This document shows positions 1 to 13,832 of a DNA stretch of 64,000 nt, one piece after another. Each line of letters starts with the position of its first letter. Positions within the stretch are counted from its first letter, which is position 1. The DNA is from Eutreptiella sp. 'Long Island Sound 2002'. Lineage: Eukaryota; Protista; Euglenida. The stretch spans positions 169,012,001 through 169,076,000 of the forward strand of contig OZ038378.1 of NCBI GenBank assembly GCA_964036045.1, given 5' to 3'. The translations under genes and the position numbers were made by a program. Below the pieces are notes generated by a model, which saw nothing but the letters and a program-made list of their open reading frames with translations, ran no database searches and was not told where the DNA came from.

Positions 1-2445
1 CCTCTGCACATTCACGCCACTCCTGTGTCCTGCACATGTGAGCTTCTGTTGTGCCGGCACCGCAAGGCCCATTGTATAATGCTAAAATGTCCCGGGGGCC
101 TCTTTGTTGGAGGAGCAACTGTGTGACTAGGGGATAGGGGCTAGTGGTCTGGTGTGGGAGAACTCTCTCCAGACTCACAACACGCAGCACATGCAACAGT
201 GCAGTAAAAACCTGCCGCAGCACGCGGGATCGTGCTAATGCAGTCGTGGCAGGACGGGCTATGTACATCTAGAGAAGGAGGGTGAGGACCTCTTGCCCCC
301 CTGAAGGATGGGCGTACAGATTGGGCTGGGCAGAGCAATGGCGATATGAAAACGACGGCGGTGGGGCTGGCGTCAGGGCTGTACATGATGTGATGGTGGT
401 CATCTTCCTCTCCATGACCGAAAAATTCTCAGTCAATGACTTTCCCAGGCTCTACTGCAGCCCAATAAATGTCAAGGCATTGAGGGTAGTGCACTTTATG
501 CCCGCAATTTCTTCAGTGGAGTGCAAAAAAAAAAGCGATCAATTGTTCAATGCCTCAAACTCTGCCGCCAGCCCCCACCCAATCTGCAGGCACCCGCATG
601 TGCTGGAGGATCTGGAGCCGGTCCCCAGCAACAGGATGACCCCTCAATCCCATGGCACATCAATTTCGCGCGGGGAACCATGTCTGTGCACCGACTACCC
701 CTTTTTTTTGGGGGGGGGGGAACAGCCCCCTTGCCTGTTTGTGGCCTGGGTATCGCATTTTTACGGTAGGAATGTTCAATGTTGAGCCCCCCAAAAAGTT
801 CTTGGGTCCAAAACAACAGTTCAGAAGTTGAATGCCCCTCACCTACGGCGATGAAGACATTGGTTTGCAAATGCACGTGTTGCCCAGCAGACTGCAATCT
901 GCCAAAAATTGGAAATTCACCAGAACTTGAGCCCAGTTTCTTGACATCTAACCCAATTTGAAGTGGCTAAATCCACAAATCCACTGGTGCAGTTGGTTTG
1001 GAACCAAAGTCGACAGTGTGTCGGAGAACAAGGCCCAAAATGGCCTAAAATGGGTCAGAAGCTGGTTGGTTCAGGAGGGTGCAGGCCGCAAAATTCACTG
1101 GGACGATAATCGTGCCTCCAAAGATGATGATGTCGTCAGGGATTGAACAGGAAAATTTACCCCCGGGCATTAGCTACACGTGTACCCCCCCCCCAAGGAA
1201 GTGGGGGACCTGACACCTGCCCTTGGTCTCACAGCCTCTTGGAGAGGATTTTTGGCATGTGCAGAACGGCCGCAGGACTGAAATCACTTGGGTGGGGGGA
1301 GGGGGGGGGGAGGGGGCTGCAAATGGGAGAAAACGAGGGACAGGCGGCGGTCGGGCTACTGGTTCAAGCTGGCACACCCCTGACGTCTGCGGCCTCTCGC
1401 TAGTCGAGCTCTCATGCTGGCTCTGACTGATGTTCGCCCCCGGAAAGTCACCGGACCACGCAGCACACTGCCCTACAGAACAGCGACTTGAGACATTCTT
1501 GGCTTGTCTCCTCCTTCGTGTGTCCTGCACAATGGGCACCAAACTCAGGAGTGGCAAATGCCCAGCGTCATGGAACAGCACCGACCAGGATTCCAGGATT
1601 CCAGATTCTGTATTCCCTCGAGAACACTCTGCAATCCCACTGTACAAACGAAGGGAGGGGGGGCCTGACGCCTTTTGGGCAGGCTTGAGGGAAGGAGACC
1701 AGGTATTTGCATGATGAACACTGCCTCACATCGAGTGCAACGTCTTGAACGTGCACAAATTGGCGGGGCGGCGGGCTGGCCAGTGTGAGCACCACGAAAG
1801 TACTCCACTCGCTAATCACACCGCCAACGCGGGTGGCGCCCGATCACACGCGGGCACATACCCTGTTCAACACTTATGTGCCCAGCCCCCGGGCAGCAGT
1901 GGCGCGTTCAGGAATGTATCACACACCCTAAGGCCAGGGCTCCAGCGGGCTAGTGGCCCCAAACCGAGGGGCAAGAGGCAAGAGGCAATCAGACCTCCCT
2001 GGCGCAGAGGTCTGCCGCCCTGGAGGGCTGGGGCCCCCCCGCCCAGTGGTATGGGGAGATCCAACTTGGCCCACAATGCCCTGGGCAATGAACGACAATC
2101 CTGTGGTTGAACGGCAGAGAGGGTTCGCCAGCAGAGCTTTGGGCATAAACACGCGGCCGAAGAGTTAAATCCCGCGAATTCGGGTATCGAGCCGCCCCAC
2201 GGGCATTGCCAACCCAGAATTCGACCAGAATCCGTGGCCCGCATCCCCACACGACCGCGGGCTGATGGGTCTGAGCTTCGCGGATCAATGTTCTGTGCAT
2301 GTCTGCGGCACGTGTAATACGGGCAACAGCATGAGCACGAGATCCATCTGGGGAATCACAGCCCGGCGATGCCGGGGCCGAGGAACTGACCATGCACGAA
2401 GCCCTCTGACCAGACCTCTGATCGGACCTGAGGGGCATGAGGCCG

Positions 2446-3036
2446 CTACAACAGCGGTCCATACACAAGCGCAGCGATGCCCTGTGTCACCTGCCACTGA
2501 AGCCTCAGAAGGTTACGGTCGGCTGCCTCTAGCTCCTTTTCGGGAGTCCGGGCCCCACCCTCCGCAGGGAGGAGAGGATCGTGCGACTCCGCCGCCCTCG
2601 CAGTCGCCGCGTCGGGCCTACGGCCGCATTCGCCGTCCGAACCTTCGCCTGCAGCGGAGTCAAAGCTGACGATGGGGTCGTCCTCGTCCCCGGCAACCAT
2701 CAGCTCCTGCCCAGGCCCCTCCCGATCAAGACGACCGATGCACAATTCACAGGCCACTCCTGCCCCCGGGTCGCATGTGTGGTCGCATGACGGGGGCTCC
2801 GCGGACTGGTGCCTCACGCACCGGCCATTGCCTTTGTCACTCTTCGTGCAGCCAGGAAAGTTGCAGCGGAGGCCGCCCCCATGGCGCTTGCAGCGCCCGC
2901 GGCCCACGCTGAGGTTCTTGCACCCGGGCACCTGGCAACGGGGGCCTCCACCGTGCGCTGCACAGTAGCCCCGGCCTTGGTCATACTTGTAACAACCCTC
3001 GTGTTGACATTGCTTTTTCTTGGGCCATGGCGGCAT
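2446..3036 (-). CDS. Protein with three tandem WRKY19-like C-x4-C-x9-C-x2-H-GGG zinc-finger repeats (196 aa from the first plausible Met)
   Basis: CQHEGCYKYDQGRGYCAAHGGG / CQVPGCKNLSVGRGRCKRHGGG / CNFPGCTKSDKGNGRCVRH at 3009-2809, followed by an acidic linker and a helical C-terminus. Frame is intact; an acceptor-like ttgtttgtcgacag lies at ~3129. The 5' end may be spliced. Confidence 0.75.
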   Translation of the reverse strand: MPPWPKKKQCQHEGCYKYDQGRGYCAAHGGGPRCQVPGCKNLSVGRGRCKRHGGGLRCNFPGCTKSDKGNGRCVRHQSAEPPSCDHTCDPGAGVACELCIGRLDREGPGQELMVAGDEDDPIVSFDSAAGEGSDGECGRRPDAATARAAESHDPLLPAEGGARTPEKELEAADRNLLRLQWQVTQGIAALVYGPLL

Positions 3037-3199
3037 TTGAGATGCCCCACGCGTTTCCAATCCGACAATAACAAACAACAAACACGGGACGCCCCAACGC
3101 CCGAATGCAGAGGATGGGCGGAGGGCAGCTGTCGACAAACAAGACGAACGTGCAGATGCATGCCGCCTCATCCGTTGACCCTGGGCACTCTTCCCCCCC

Positions 3200-4100
3200 T
3201 CCCCCCTCCTTCCTTGTGCCAACAGACAAATTTCAGGAACAGGGTAAAGAAACACGAGGTCCCATGTTTGGTGCCACAAGGGGCCTCATCAGCTGACCAA
3301 CACAGGCACAACATCTTATCCCCTGTGTGGCGTGTTGAGGAAAGCCTGCAAGATCGGATTTTGAGTTTTGAGGAGGAGAATGAGCCACGGCCAAAGAGGT
3401 CCACATCACCTCCAATTCAACATTCTTGTGAACCACACCTCGGGAGTCAATATCCTGTCAGGTCTGCAAGGCAAGAAGCTAAATGGCCAGGGCCTGAGGA
3501 TCCCACAGGTCCACAAAGCCCACTGAGGATGGGTGCGCACCCTAGTAAGGGGGCGTGCCAAAAGCAAGTGACACTGGCCGGCTACAGCCAGCCCTCCATC
3601 AGCGCCACACGCGCAGTCGTTGGTCCATGCCTACTGGCAACACAGAGATCGGTGGGTCTACACAAGGACCATCATCACGGTCTTCTTACTCCTTGGCTAA
3701 GGGGGAATGTTGGCCCGGCGCGCTACTTTTCTATTAACTATCCCTACTTCAGCCCCAGATTTACCATCTCATGGAGAAGCCCCCCAAGTAGACCACGTTG
3801 GACTGCACACCTTCCCTACAAAGCACATTGCATAATAAGGCAATAGCTGTGAATTCAACAACTCCAGATGTCATTTGTATTGTACTTAACAAACAACAAT
3901 GGTCCCACAAGTGTGGGTGTCAATACATTCAGCACAATAGTGCTGTTCACTCTCACCACAAACTGTGATGGTGGAAAGCATAACAAAGATTGTCCCAGTT
4001 TCCTCAATAGCACCGGAAGGTTGAACGAAGTCGAATTGTGCTCAACACTTTTGATGGCGATCGAATACCACATATGCCCTCACCAGCATTATGGCCAGCA
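3200..4100 (-). mobile_element. Possible decayed YR-retrotransposon fragment (RNase H tail, YR box)
   Basis: STSFNLPVLLRKLGQSLL (3855-4073) resembles the DIRS RNase H tail; NSKSDLAG...CCAC (3233-3436) resembles the YR SKTDxxG...CP box. Weak. Confidence 0.3.
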
Positions 4101-5833
4101 GTCATTTGACGGTTTGCCTTTACTTCCCATGGATTTCGCTATGGTAAGGAGTCCCCAAGCCGCAAGTGGTTTGGACGGCGTTTCTGCCTCACGTCGCAAG
4201 AACAAAGCGCAAACTCGGCATTGGCCACATCACCCCTGCCTTTTCGGGGGCCCAAAGTTGGGCGGAATGGCTACATCACCCCTGCCTTCTCGGGGTCCCC
4301 ATGGTGGGGAGAAATCAACCTAGTAAGGAGTGGATGTGGTGGAAACGAGCAAAAAATGGATGAAAATGGGTGAAAATGGGTGAGAATCCAAATATACCAT
4401 ATCCCCAATGTGAAAGAAGCATCAAAACACCTGTTTTCAAACAACAATAATGCCCATAGTACCACAAAGTATGGGGTTCTACATCCAAATAGTATGGGCT
4501 AGACATCCAAATAGTTGCATTGTGCGCGCATTGCGCTTAGTGCACCCCCTAAAAGGTCACCGGTGGGGCACATGTCAAAAAAGATGCCCGGCGCGCGCCC
4601 GGCGCGCTGACGCTCCCCCTAAGCAAGGATTGTGAAGGGGGGAGCTGATCAGCGCTTGGCGATGCAAGAAACCCAAAACTAGAGAGGCACTTGTAGAGAG
4701 GAGCCGACAGTCTGAGAGTTGATCACCCTCAGGCCAATCAAGGTCCTTGAAGAGGAGAGGTTATACTCTGAAGGTCAATGACTCTCAGACCAAGCAAGAC
4801 CCCCGAAGAGGGTGCACACACTCTTGTGCGTTGCAGACCCCTCATGGGCTTTATGGGAATATGCTTGACCCAAGTGGAACCTCTTGTCCCAACGTTGAGG
4901 GTCATAACCCTAATTGTTGCCATGGTATCTCCATCTTTCCCCCTTTATGCTTTTGCAGCCTAGAACATAATGGGAAAGACAAATCAATCCTCAGAAATGC
5001 AGTGGGAAAATTTTTTTGTTTCAGGTTTGATGGGGGGGAATTGTGAAGAGGGATGCGATTTTTCCTTTTGCGTGGACATAAGTTCCATGAAGAACTGGTG
5101 TGAGTGTTGCCAGAATAATGGTGTTGACTGATTGACTTTGTGGAGGAAGTGGCACAGCAGGGAGGAATCAAAAAAGCTTAAATAGCTGCTGCCATCTTGG
5201 GGCCCCTAGAGCGTAGAGGAATCATAAAAGCTACAAAACCCTTGCGTTCTTTAGGTCCATAGGACGGGGAGGAATCAGAAAAAACTGCATATCCCCTGCC
5301 ATCTTGGGGTCCCCACAACAGCGAAGAACCTAAAACAGCTGCATAACCTCAGAGGTCCGCAATGGGGAGGAATCCACTTATTGGGGCTCAACGTATCGGA
5401 CTAGGGTAAATTGGCATAAACCAAGGCACGGGGGTGGGGTTTGTTGTCGCCACGCTATGCGAGGGCCCAAAACCCCTTCCTTTTGGTTGTTGTGCACGTA
5501 CAGTCCTTTTTCGGGAAACGCAAAGCATGGCAGATTTTTTGGAAAATTTTTCTCTCCTTGATCTTTATTGCCATCCATGAGCAGTTGTGTATCAGAGATG
5601 TGCAGTACCCCAGCAGTGTGTGGACTTGATTGCCATATGAAAGAACAGAAGAGCTTTTGAGCACGGCATGAAGTGGGGGTGGTATCGTGGCTCTAGATGC
5701 TGTCCTCTCGTCAATAATACATCTTCTTCCCACGTTGTTGTTGTGCAGCCCACACCTGCCATACTTGTCAACACGTTGAGCAACTGTCACATGGTTTGCA
5801 ACATGCCTCCTCCCACTGGGCTGCTTGGGTTGA

Positions 5834-6700
5834 TCAGGTTTGGTCTTCTTCGCAGCAGTCGTCACACTGCTTACATTGGTACCTGGTACTGACGCGGTTG
5901 CCGCCTTGTTTGCAAAAAACGGTGCTGGTTGAAGGTACCACACACACAATGCACACAACAAAGACCCTGTTGGCTTTTTCCAGAAATTGTTCATGAAACC
6001 GGGCCTGTTGAGTTCTGCCAAGGTTGAAAGGTTGAATGTTGACCCCTTGCTGCAATCCGCAGAACAGTTTGCCATAAGAATTGTCCGTTAACAGAAATGG
6101 AACACAGTAGCACATTCATGTATTCCTCACCACAACACAGGCACCTTCATGAAATGGTCTTTTTTGCCGCTGCTGCCAGAAATCCACTGATTCACGCTAG
6201 CTAACGTTTGGGGCTGATTCGGGCAAACTGGGTCCCCAGAACGGGGGGTGTGCACATTGTGTATCACTGTGTAGCTTGAGGGCTGCAATGGAGTCACAGG
6301 GAAGCTTGGCCGGGTCCTTGTTGCTCTTAGCAATTCCCCCGCGCATCAGCGGTGCCATAATGTGTGACTATTGGATGATGAGTGGAGAGCCCCAGGACCA
6401 TTCAGGCATGGATGCCCACAGCCACACCTGGAAGAGGAGGTGCACAAGTTTTGTAGTGACATGAGCACAAACAGTGGCAATTCAAATTCTATGCAATAGC
6501 AAACAACTTCCGTGCCCGCAGGCAGTGTTGTTGAAGTACAGCCAGTGGGTAGTCGACAACTGCATCCAGGTGGGCACGCGGGCTGGATTCAGAGGCCACT
6601 CAAGAAAATTCACTGTACAATACACAACACATGAAGTGTACATCAGATCAGTCACAAAGCAACCCTTTCAGCAGAGCGTGGAAGGGTATTTTACCCTTGG
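5834..6700 (-). mobile_element. piggyBac-like transposase remnant
   Basis: GCFVTDLMYTSCV (~6670-6630) resembles the second catalytic Asp motif (TDNxYTS); VVCIVC...RVSTRYQCKQCD resembles the piggyBac C-terminal cysteine-rich domain. Broken by stops and frameshifts. Confidence 0.5.
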
Positions 6701-7864
6701 TCCATTTTTCCTTTCTTCCATTGGCAGTAAGAGTTGGATAAGATGGACATCAAAGTGGGCATCACAGGTCAGCTGTGCCTGCTGGGACGGTCCATATTCA
6801 TACTGGTCACTCCTGCAGAAACCCAATGCAGCATTGTGCGGAATCGGAATGCAGCACACCACAGATGGCAGATATGGGGACAGGAAACACAGACATACCC
6901 GCAGCACACGAAGAAAGTGCAACTTCAATATTGAAAACGCATGGAAACAAACACCAGACTCTGGTAGGGTAGGGGCAATACCGTTCCACAACACAAGGGC
7001 AATCCACCTGCTCCAGACAAATACAGCATCCAGGTGATGTCTTCCTGCACACACAACAAAGGACTGCCCCCCGGCATTTGAGTGATGTTTTGGTGACAAT
7101 GGGTGCATGTCTCAACCCCTGGGGGGCCATGATGCCGATGGATCCAATGGATGATTGCAAAATCAACCATTTGGAGGTTTGTTGCTCGGGGTTGATCCCC
7201 GGATAGCTTCTCTATGAGGTGGGGTTGTCGAAGGCAATCAGGTATTTGGGGCATTTTTGAATTTCCAATGTCATTCTCAACATTTTGAATACATACAAGT
7301 TATGTATGCTGCTACATCCTCCCGCACACCCAGTGTCCATATGCTTGGTGGGTGAAGGGACCGTGGCTGTGACAATCCTGCTCCAGGCAGCTAAGGAGCC
7401 TATTGAGGGCCAGTAACACAACCACACCCGCAAACACGTACGCAGGACCATGTGCCCACACCTGCGTGCAAACAGCAACATCTCTGCATACCAACAGCAC
7501 CGCAAACGTATAATTTGGAGAGGTTTAGCCTCGAGAAAACCTCTATCCAACTGGATCTCTGACCTTCAACGGCCCAGCAGCTGGATAATAAAATACAGAC
7601 ACAGAGGGGTAATCCCCTGATGTATAGGCACAGAATCAATGTGGGTGCAGCACCTCCTTCTGAATGCTTTGCATCACTGAATCTGCAGCACGGGGGTTGC
7701 TGAGCCTCCAAGGGTGGTCTCATGGGGAGCAGGCAGTAAGGAGGACAGTACGGAGCAAAGCACAGCAAACAAATCTGCCTCCGTGCGAGTTGGGGTCTCG
7801 TGTTCAACCAGGCGCCAACAGGAGGCGTTGGGGTAAATGGACACAAACTGGGCTCGTAACACCG

Positions 7865-8066
<202 letters not shown>

Positions 8067-8086
8067 TGCTGAGATCTCTGCTGATA

Positions 8087-8187
8087 CCCCCCCTCTTGCG
8101 AGAGCAACACTAAAATCCTAAAATTTGACGGAAACAACACCTGCCGTTGCTCTGACAAGGGCGTTGCTCTCGCAGGGGGGGGGGGGG
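8087..8187. mobile_element. Miniature (101 bp) poly-C/poly-G TIR element related to the 32484 MITE
   Basis: C7-TCTTGCGAGAGCAAC ... GTTGCTCTCGCA-G13, with a doubled subterminal motif (GTTGCTCTGACAAGGGC-GTTGCTCTCGCAGG). TA is present on the left only; the right flank reads AT. Confidence 0.65.
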
Positions 8188-11100
8188 ATTGCCTACTTGT
8201 TGCGTCAATCGGGTGTTGTGCGTGTACCATGTCAATGTATGCACATACCCATGCACACAAACGAGAGTCGTGTACAGCGCAACAGCGCGACTGGTTGCAC
8301 ACGCGTTGCTGGTGTTGGGACAGGGTTTAGATGACGGATGAAGAAAGCCGGAAGCGACCGCATCGGCTCGCAGGGTGGGAAGGGGCTAGAGCTGCTGCCC
8401 TCAGATTTGGTGTGTATGGGAAGAGCAGATGAGTGTAAGATATAGAGCAGAGGCTGCTTTCGGATAAGGCCACGAGGCTTACCATGGAAAGGCCTCGTGA
8501 ACAGAGGCATTGCTCTCAAGCGGCGTCAGGCTGATGTGGCCAATTCACATGCATAGCATTATGTACAACGGCATGTTCGTGTACTCTGGAATACACATTG
8601 CATGCCAATGCACACGCGCACACGAATACCACATTCATGTGGTAATGAGTGTGCACATTTGACCACACGCACTCATCATCTTGACAATGTCGAGACGATG
8701 ATGAGGAACTTACAAATGGTGGAACACCACCCGCTTACGAACTGGCAAGTTTCGATGGACCGGAGAAGAGGGAAGGGGGGGGGAGAGGGAGGGGGGGGGG
8801 GACCGGCAACAGGACAGGCCAAGAAAAACCCCAATAACAGAGCCGAAGGCGCTGAACATCCGTGAGGGTCAAAATTAATGCGTCTTACAGTTACTGATAC
8901 CACAATATTATGGTGATGATTGTTTCCACCCGGGAATACATCTCTGCGCCATCCCGGGAGGGCGGGCACGGCCAGATGAGGGTGAGGTAGAGTATGCAAT
9001 GCCCACATGGGGCAACAATGACGAGGCACGACAACGTGAAGAGTGAGGCATGTGGACCCAGTGAGGCAATACATCGGGGAGAGTAGGGCATGACAGGGAC
9101 AGCGAAACCCAAACCCGCCGTCACCCCCTTCGAGGGCGGTTTAACATGCCTTTGGTACCACTGGGGCCGTTTGGCCATCGTTTGTGATGTACGGGGGCCA
9201 TGAGGCAATGGGTACTTAGCTACCGAACGCCCCTGTGTCACAGGCCATTCGGTCATCGCTCATTCAACGTTCGGCTGTTCGACAATTGCATTGCAATGTT
9301 CGTCTGCACTGCAGCACAGCAGCACTGGCAGCGAGTGATTTCTGATGTAGGGAAGGGGCGGTATTTGGTGCCTGTTCCACTTCACGGTGGTAAATTTCGC
9401 TGTGGGACATTTCGCGGAGGCTGCTCAAAAAGGCACTGGAAATTTCTCCGACAGTCCCAGAAATGATGTGCAGTTTAGGCCTCTGCGGGCACGGTGGAGC
9501 TAAGCCAGAGGTGCCACTCAAAATGCAGGGGAGACCCATCTGCCACACCCTGCCAGTGATGAGGGTGACGTTGGTCTCAGGTCCTGAAATGTGTTCAAAC
9601 TCTGACAGTGAGATTCGACTTACACCCCAGGCCAAGCAAGAACTGACGTGATGAACAGGCTGACTGCCAACAACAGGGCAACAGTACCACCGCCAGACAA
9701 GGTGCGGGGAGTGTGTGGGAAATTTCTCAGAAGCCCCTGGATTTTCTGTGGTAAATTTCGTGGCAAAAGTGAAGCAAATTTCCCACGCGGCGTTTCCTGC
9801 CCACGAATCCCCCCACCCCATTGCAAGGAAACGGAAATCGGCACTGCACCTGAAAAACGCAGCTCTGTATGGTTCTCAAGCGACAGCCGACAACTGATGG
9901 CAATTGGCAGCCCGCACATTGCCCCAGCCTACAACGGTAGACATACTGCGACCGACCTATGCCAGGGTCACCTTCCCGATCTCTACCACTAGAGCAGGCG
10001 GCTCAGGGCAGGAGAGGATGACTCTGTGCAAACGTAGATGGAAGGTGGAAGATTACAGATGAAGTTTGCAGCAACAGCAGATGGGGGTCACAACGCAGCA
10101 GCAGCATGCACAAGTGCAGTAGGAGCAGGGCATGGGCAACCACCATCAAGGCCCAAGCACACCAATCAATCTCCAGCACCTTCCCCTCCCATGAAGGTCC
10201 CCTATTGTGGCGCCAGTCTGAAACCAGTGCTTGTGTGCACGGGATGCTAAAGGCTTGTCCCTTGCATGAGATGACTTCTACTGCCTAAGTTCGGCACTAC
10301 CATCGTTTGGTACCCCTCGTTAGCGTGGGGGAAGGACAGGATCGGCGCAGCTGCCAAGCACACAAGTGATTGACCATTGAGCTCCATTGTCATGGAGCTC
10401 AAGCTGTTCACAAAGGCCGGAACAACCCCTGATTCACGTCATCCACAGGGGACGGCCACAGGGTTGATTGGCTGTGCACTGCCCACACAAGGCGCATTGT
10501 GCAGCAAGCACCCAACTTCATGGGCTGCTGACGGCACGGTCGTCAAAATTTGCCGCTTGATGCTTCTGTATTGCAATTTTACATTGAAGAGTCGCAACCT
10601 TGCTCCCTTCATTCCAGCAGCAAAATTGTGACAGTGTCATATAGTGAAGGGGGAGGGGGGGTTCAGCATATCTCTCAGGGACGTTCCCAATTGTGCCAAC
10701 TCGGTGGGTTTTCGGGGGTCGGTGCCATTGTTGCCTCATTTGTGCCCATTGAGTGTTCCTGAGGTACAGGTATGTGGGGAAGATTCGGAAAGCCCTTGAA
10801 AAGGGCTATTTGGAACACCCTGCCTCTGCATGCTGTACTGACGACATGTTTGAGGTTTTCGTCCGTTTTGGACGGTGCCTGTAGTGCTTGCTGCCTCCTT
10901 TTATCAACAGGCAGCTACCATGTCTGCAAATTCACTCCATGGGCTGTTGCTTCCCCCGATGCACCACAAAAGCCTTTGGTACGGAAAAGGGCTCGCTCTG
11001 GGGGTGCAGAGTGGATGCTGGTGGCTCGGCACTGGCCTGGCAGCCGGGCAAAAAAGCCCCTGACAGCCGGTTTGCAGCAACCTGCGTGCACCCACAAGGA

Positions 11101-13038
11101 GCACCAGATTGTGGGCCTGCCTATGGGCCATACCTCTCAACACGGGGTGGGTGCCTGTGAAAGCACGCAGGCTGCAGGATTGGGGAAAATTGAAGAATTA
11201 TGTTCCCATTCACAAGCAGGGGGATGTCTGCCCGAATGGGGTCCCGGCCCCAGCACGTGTGGAGAGGGGCAACGACGACAGCGATTCGGACTCGGAATAA
11301 TGAATGGTCCAAACTGTGCAGTGCATGTTTGTGTACATCATCCTTTGCTGCTCTGTGCTCAAAGATGTGACCACCTCCCCCCCACCCCGACCCACACATT
11401 TCTGAAACAGCCTTTTCACAGATTTCAAAAAGTACACAAAGGGAACTATATTTTGGGGCGCATCGGACCGAAACTTCAGAAAACCTGGGAAAAGTGCCAA
11501 AACCCAACGAGTTGGCACATTCTAAACTGCCCCCGAGAGATATGCAACTCAAAATAAGCTCTGTGATCCACTGACCACATTGAGCCCTCTATCATGAGAG
11601 ATAAGGGTGTGGAAAACTTTTTGTCTGACCCAAACCAATTCTGGTGCTCAAGGCTGTCACATCTGAGCCTTTTCACAGACACCCAGTACCACCTTCAAAG
11701 GGGCTCAGACACCATCCTCAGCAGGGGGGGGGGGGGGGTGCCACAAAGGCAAGTAAGTATGCCGGTTGGTACTTCCAGGTGTATGCATTGGTTTGAGTAT
11801 TCAGGTGGAAATTGTCTACATTGCCTGTCCCACTGGGGAAAAATATGTTTGGTTGGTGAGAGTGGGATAATTTTCCCTCTGCGCACACGTGCAGGTTCTG
11901 CCCCTTGGCGTCCTTCCCATGCGAACACTGGCATGCTTCACACTCAGTCATTCTCCTGCACGTGAGTGCAGAGGGCAAGGAGGACGGCAAGGGAGGGATT
12001 TAGAGGATGCTGGACACCACTCGACACCACAAGGCCAAAGGATCCGGATCACCAAATGATACACATCAGTGCTGCAGAGCAATTCTGGGCATTTTGCCTT
12101 TTGAGGAAAAGCAGGGGGTGGCAAGACACCAGGCTTTTGGGTTGTGTGGATAATTGCGTGTGCAACGCTGCGTCCAAAAAAAATCCCTGGGGGGTGGGGG
12201 GCTGGGGGTTTGCTTTGGTATGTATTCTATTGCCTTCGGCAGTGCACCTCGAAGAGAGGCTGACAGTCTGCCAATCAGTCAGTTAGTCAGGCAAGCAGTC
12301 CGTCAGACAGTCAGTGCAAGTAGGCAGGCAGACAGACAGAAGCACACAGTTTGGGTTTTTTCACTGGCAGACTCGGCTACAAGCAGTGGGGAGAGGAGCA
12401 ACTGTCAGAACAAGCAATGGTCGATCGGTAATGCAGCCGACCAGGGATTTGCAGGTCGGCGATTTGATTCCCGGCCGGCTGACTTGTCAGCTCTGCTCTG
12501 CCCAATCTGACCCTCGTTCAAATCCCTCTGAACACAAACTTTTGACCCCCCGCCCCTACACCCCCCCCCCAACCCCAACCCCCGCAAAAAAAAGTGACAT
12601 CCAGTTTCAGGGGATAGAGGCCTCAAAATCAAAAAATCCATTGGGGAGTCGTCTTATTGGGCAAAATAATGATTTTACAAGGGGTTGGATCTCAAATACA
12701 TCAAATATCATGCCTTGGGGTATGCTACACGAATGACCCCCAAAAGGGGGGGTGGGTATACGACGCCCGTGCCTGCGCTTGATCTAACAACCTCTCTTCG
12801 AGGTGATTTGAATTCAACCCGCGAAATTTTGGTGCAGGGAAATTTTGGCCCCAATTCTTATGTACCACTGAAAATTCGGGTACAAAAGTCCATTGCCTTC
12901 GACAAGGCACCTCAAGAGAGACGAGTGATGGCTGTGGCTAGAGTGATGGCCGCAATAGCTTTTGCCGGTGCAAATAGGCCTTTTGGGGGTTCAATGAGCA
13001 TCACCAAGAGGGCAGGGCCTCCATGACGGGCTTTTGCA

Positions 13039-13832
13039 GATGGTGGGAGGGGTGTGGAGCAACTCGGAACAGTTAGGTATGCGACTCGGGTGTGATCCAA
13101 CAGTTTGCACCGCCCCTCACCCAGACGTAGGGCCCATGACCCGCGCCACAATGGCTTAGCAGCCACTACTTGGGTCCCCATGAGTGCTCAACCCCCATCC
13201 CCCCCCATCACCAGCACCACCTATTACCCTCCCCCAAACCCAATCCTTTCTCGCTTCCCTCACTCCAGAGACACCCCCCCCCCGGCATTCCCCCTGGACC
13301 CCTTGTGCTGTACTGTCGGTCCCAAAACTGCCCATTTCAAGGTGTTTTGGGAACTTGCCTGGGATAATATGGGTCAAAGCTAGCTCAAAATGGCCTTACA
13401 CTAGTTAGGAGCACCCCAGGTGGTTTCCCCCCCCTGAAACCCGTCCTCGATCGCTCTACTCATTGGAGAAACATGTCCCCCAATACCCTCCCCCGCACGC
13501 CCGCACCCCCCCCCAAAACCCGTCCTTGCTCGCTCCGCTTGGTTGACATGCCCACCCAGCACTCCCCATGCACCTGCTTCACTCGCTGGAGAGACAAGCC
13601 TCCCCCCCCCCCCCCGGCTCCCTTCGGGCCGTCTTGTACCGCACCATCGGTCCCAAAGTTGCACATTTCAAGATTTTTTGGGCAAGCATGTGCACCCAAG
13701 CACATGAGCCATGCACACAGCACCATTTCGTGGTGCCAATGCATTGAAGGGTGAGGGGCGGTGCGAACTGTTGGATCACACCCGAGTCGCAGACCTGACT
13801 GTTCGGAGTTGCTCCACACCCCTCCTACCATC
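13039..13832. repeat. Long inverted repeat: 84-bp arms (13039-13122 and 13749-13832) around a ~630-bp spacer
   Basis: Arms match as reverse complements with about 5 mismatches; weaker similarity extends outward to ~12990/13900. Internal direct repeats at ~13304-13360 and ~13630-13688. No TSD found. Confidence 0.85.

Noticed and set aside
1400-1620. Cytosine methyltransferase cargo in a retroelement
   Set aside because: Only vague words (RWAFATPE here, DLFGRGS at ~3400); no FxGxG or PC motifs in proper order.
2809-3846. 345-aa plus-strand ORF
   Set aside because: Largely antisense to the zinc-finger ORF and to the decayed segment upstream of it; no domain.
12404-12483. tRNA gene
   Set aside because: It has A-box/B-box-like words (TGGTCGATCGGTAA, TTTGATTCCC) and a 7-bp stem, but I could not fold a cloverleaf. 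At most a decayed tRNA-derived SINE head; tRNAscan-SE would decide.
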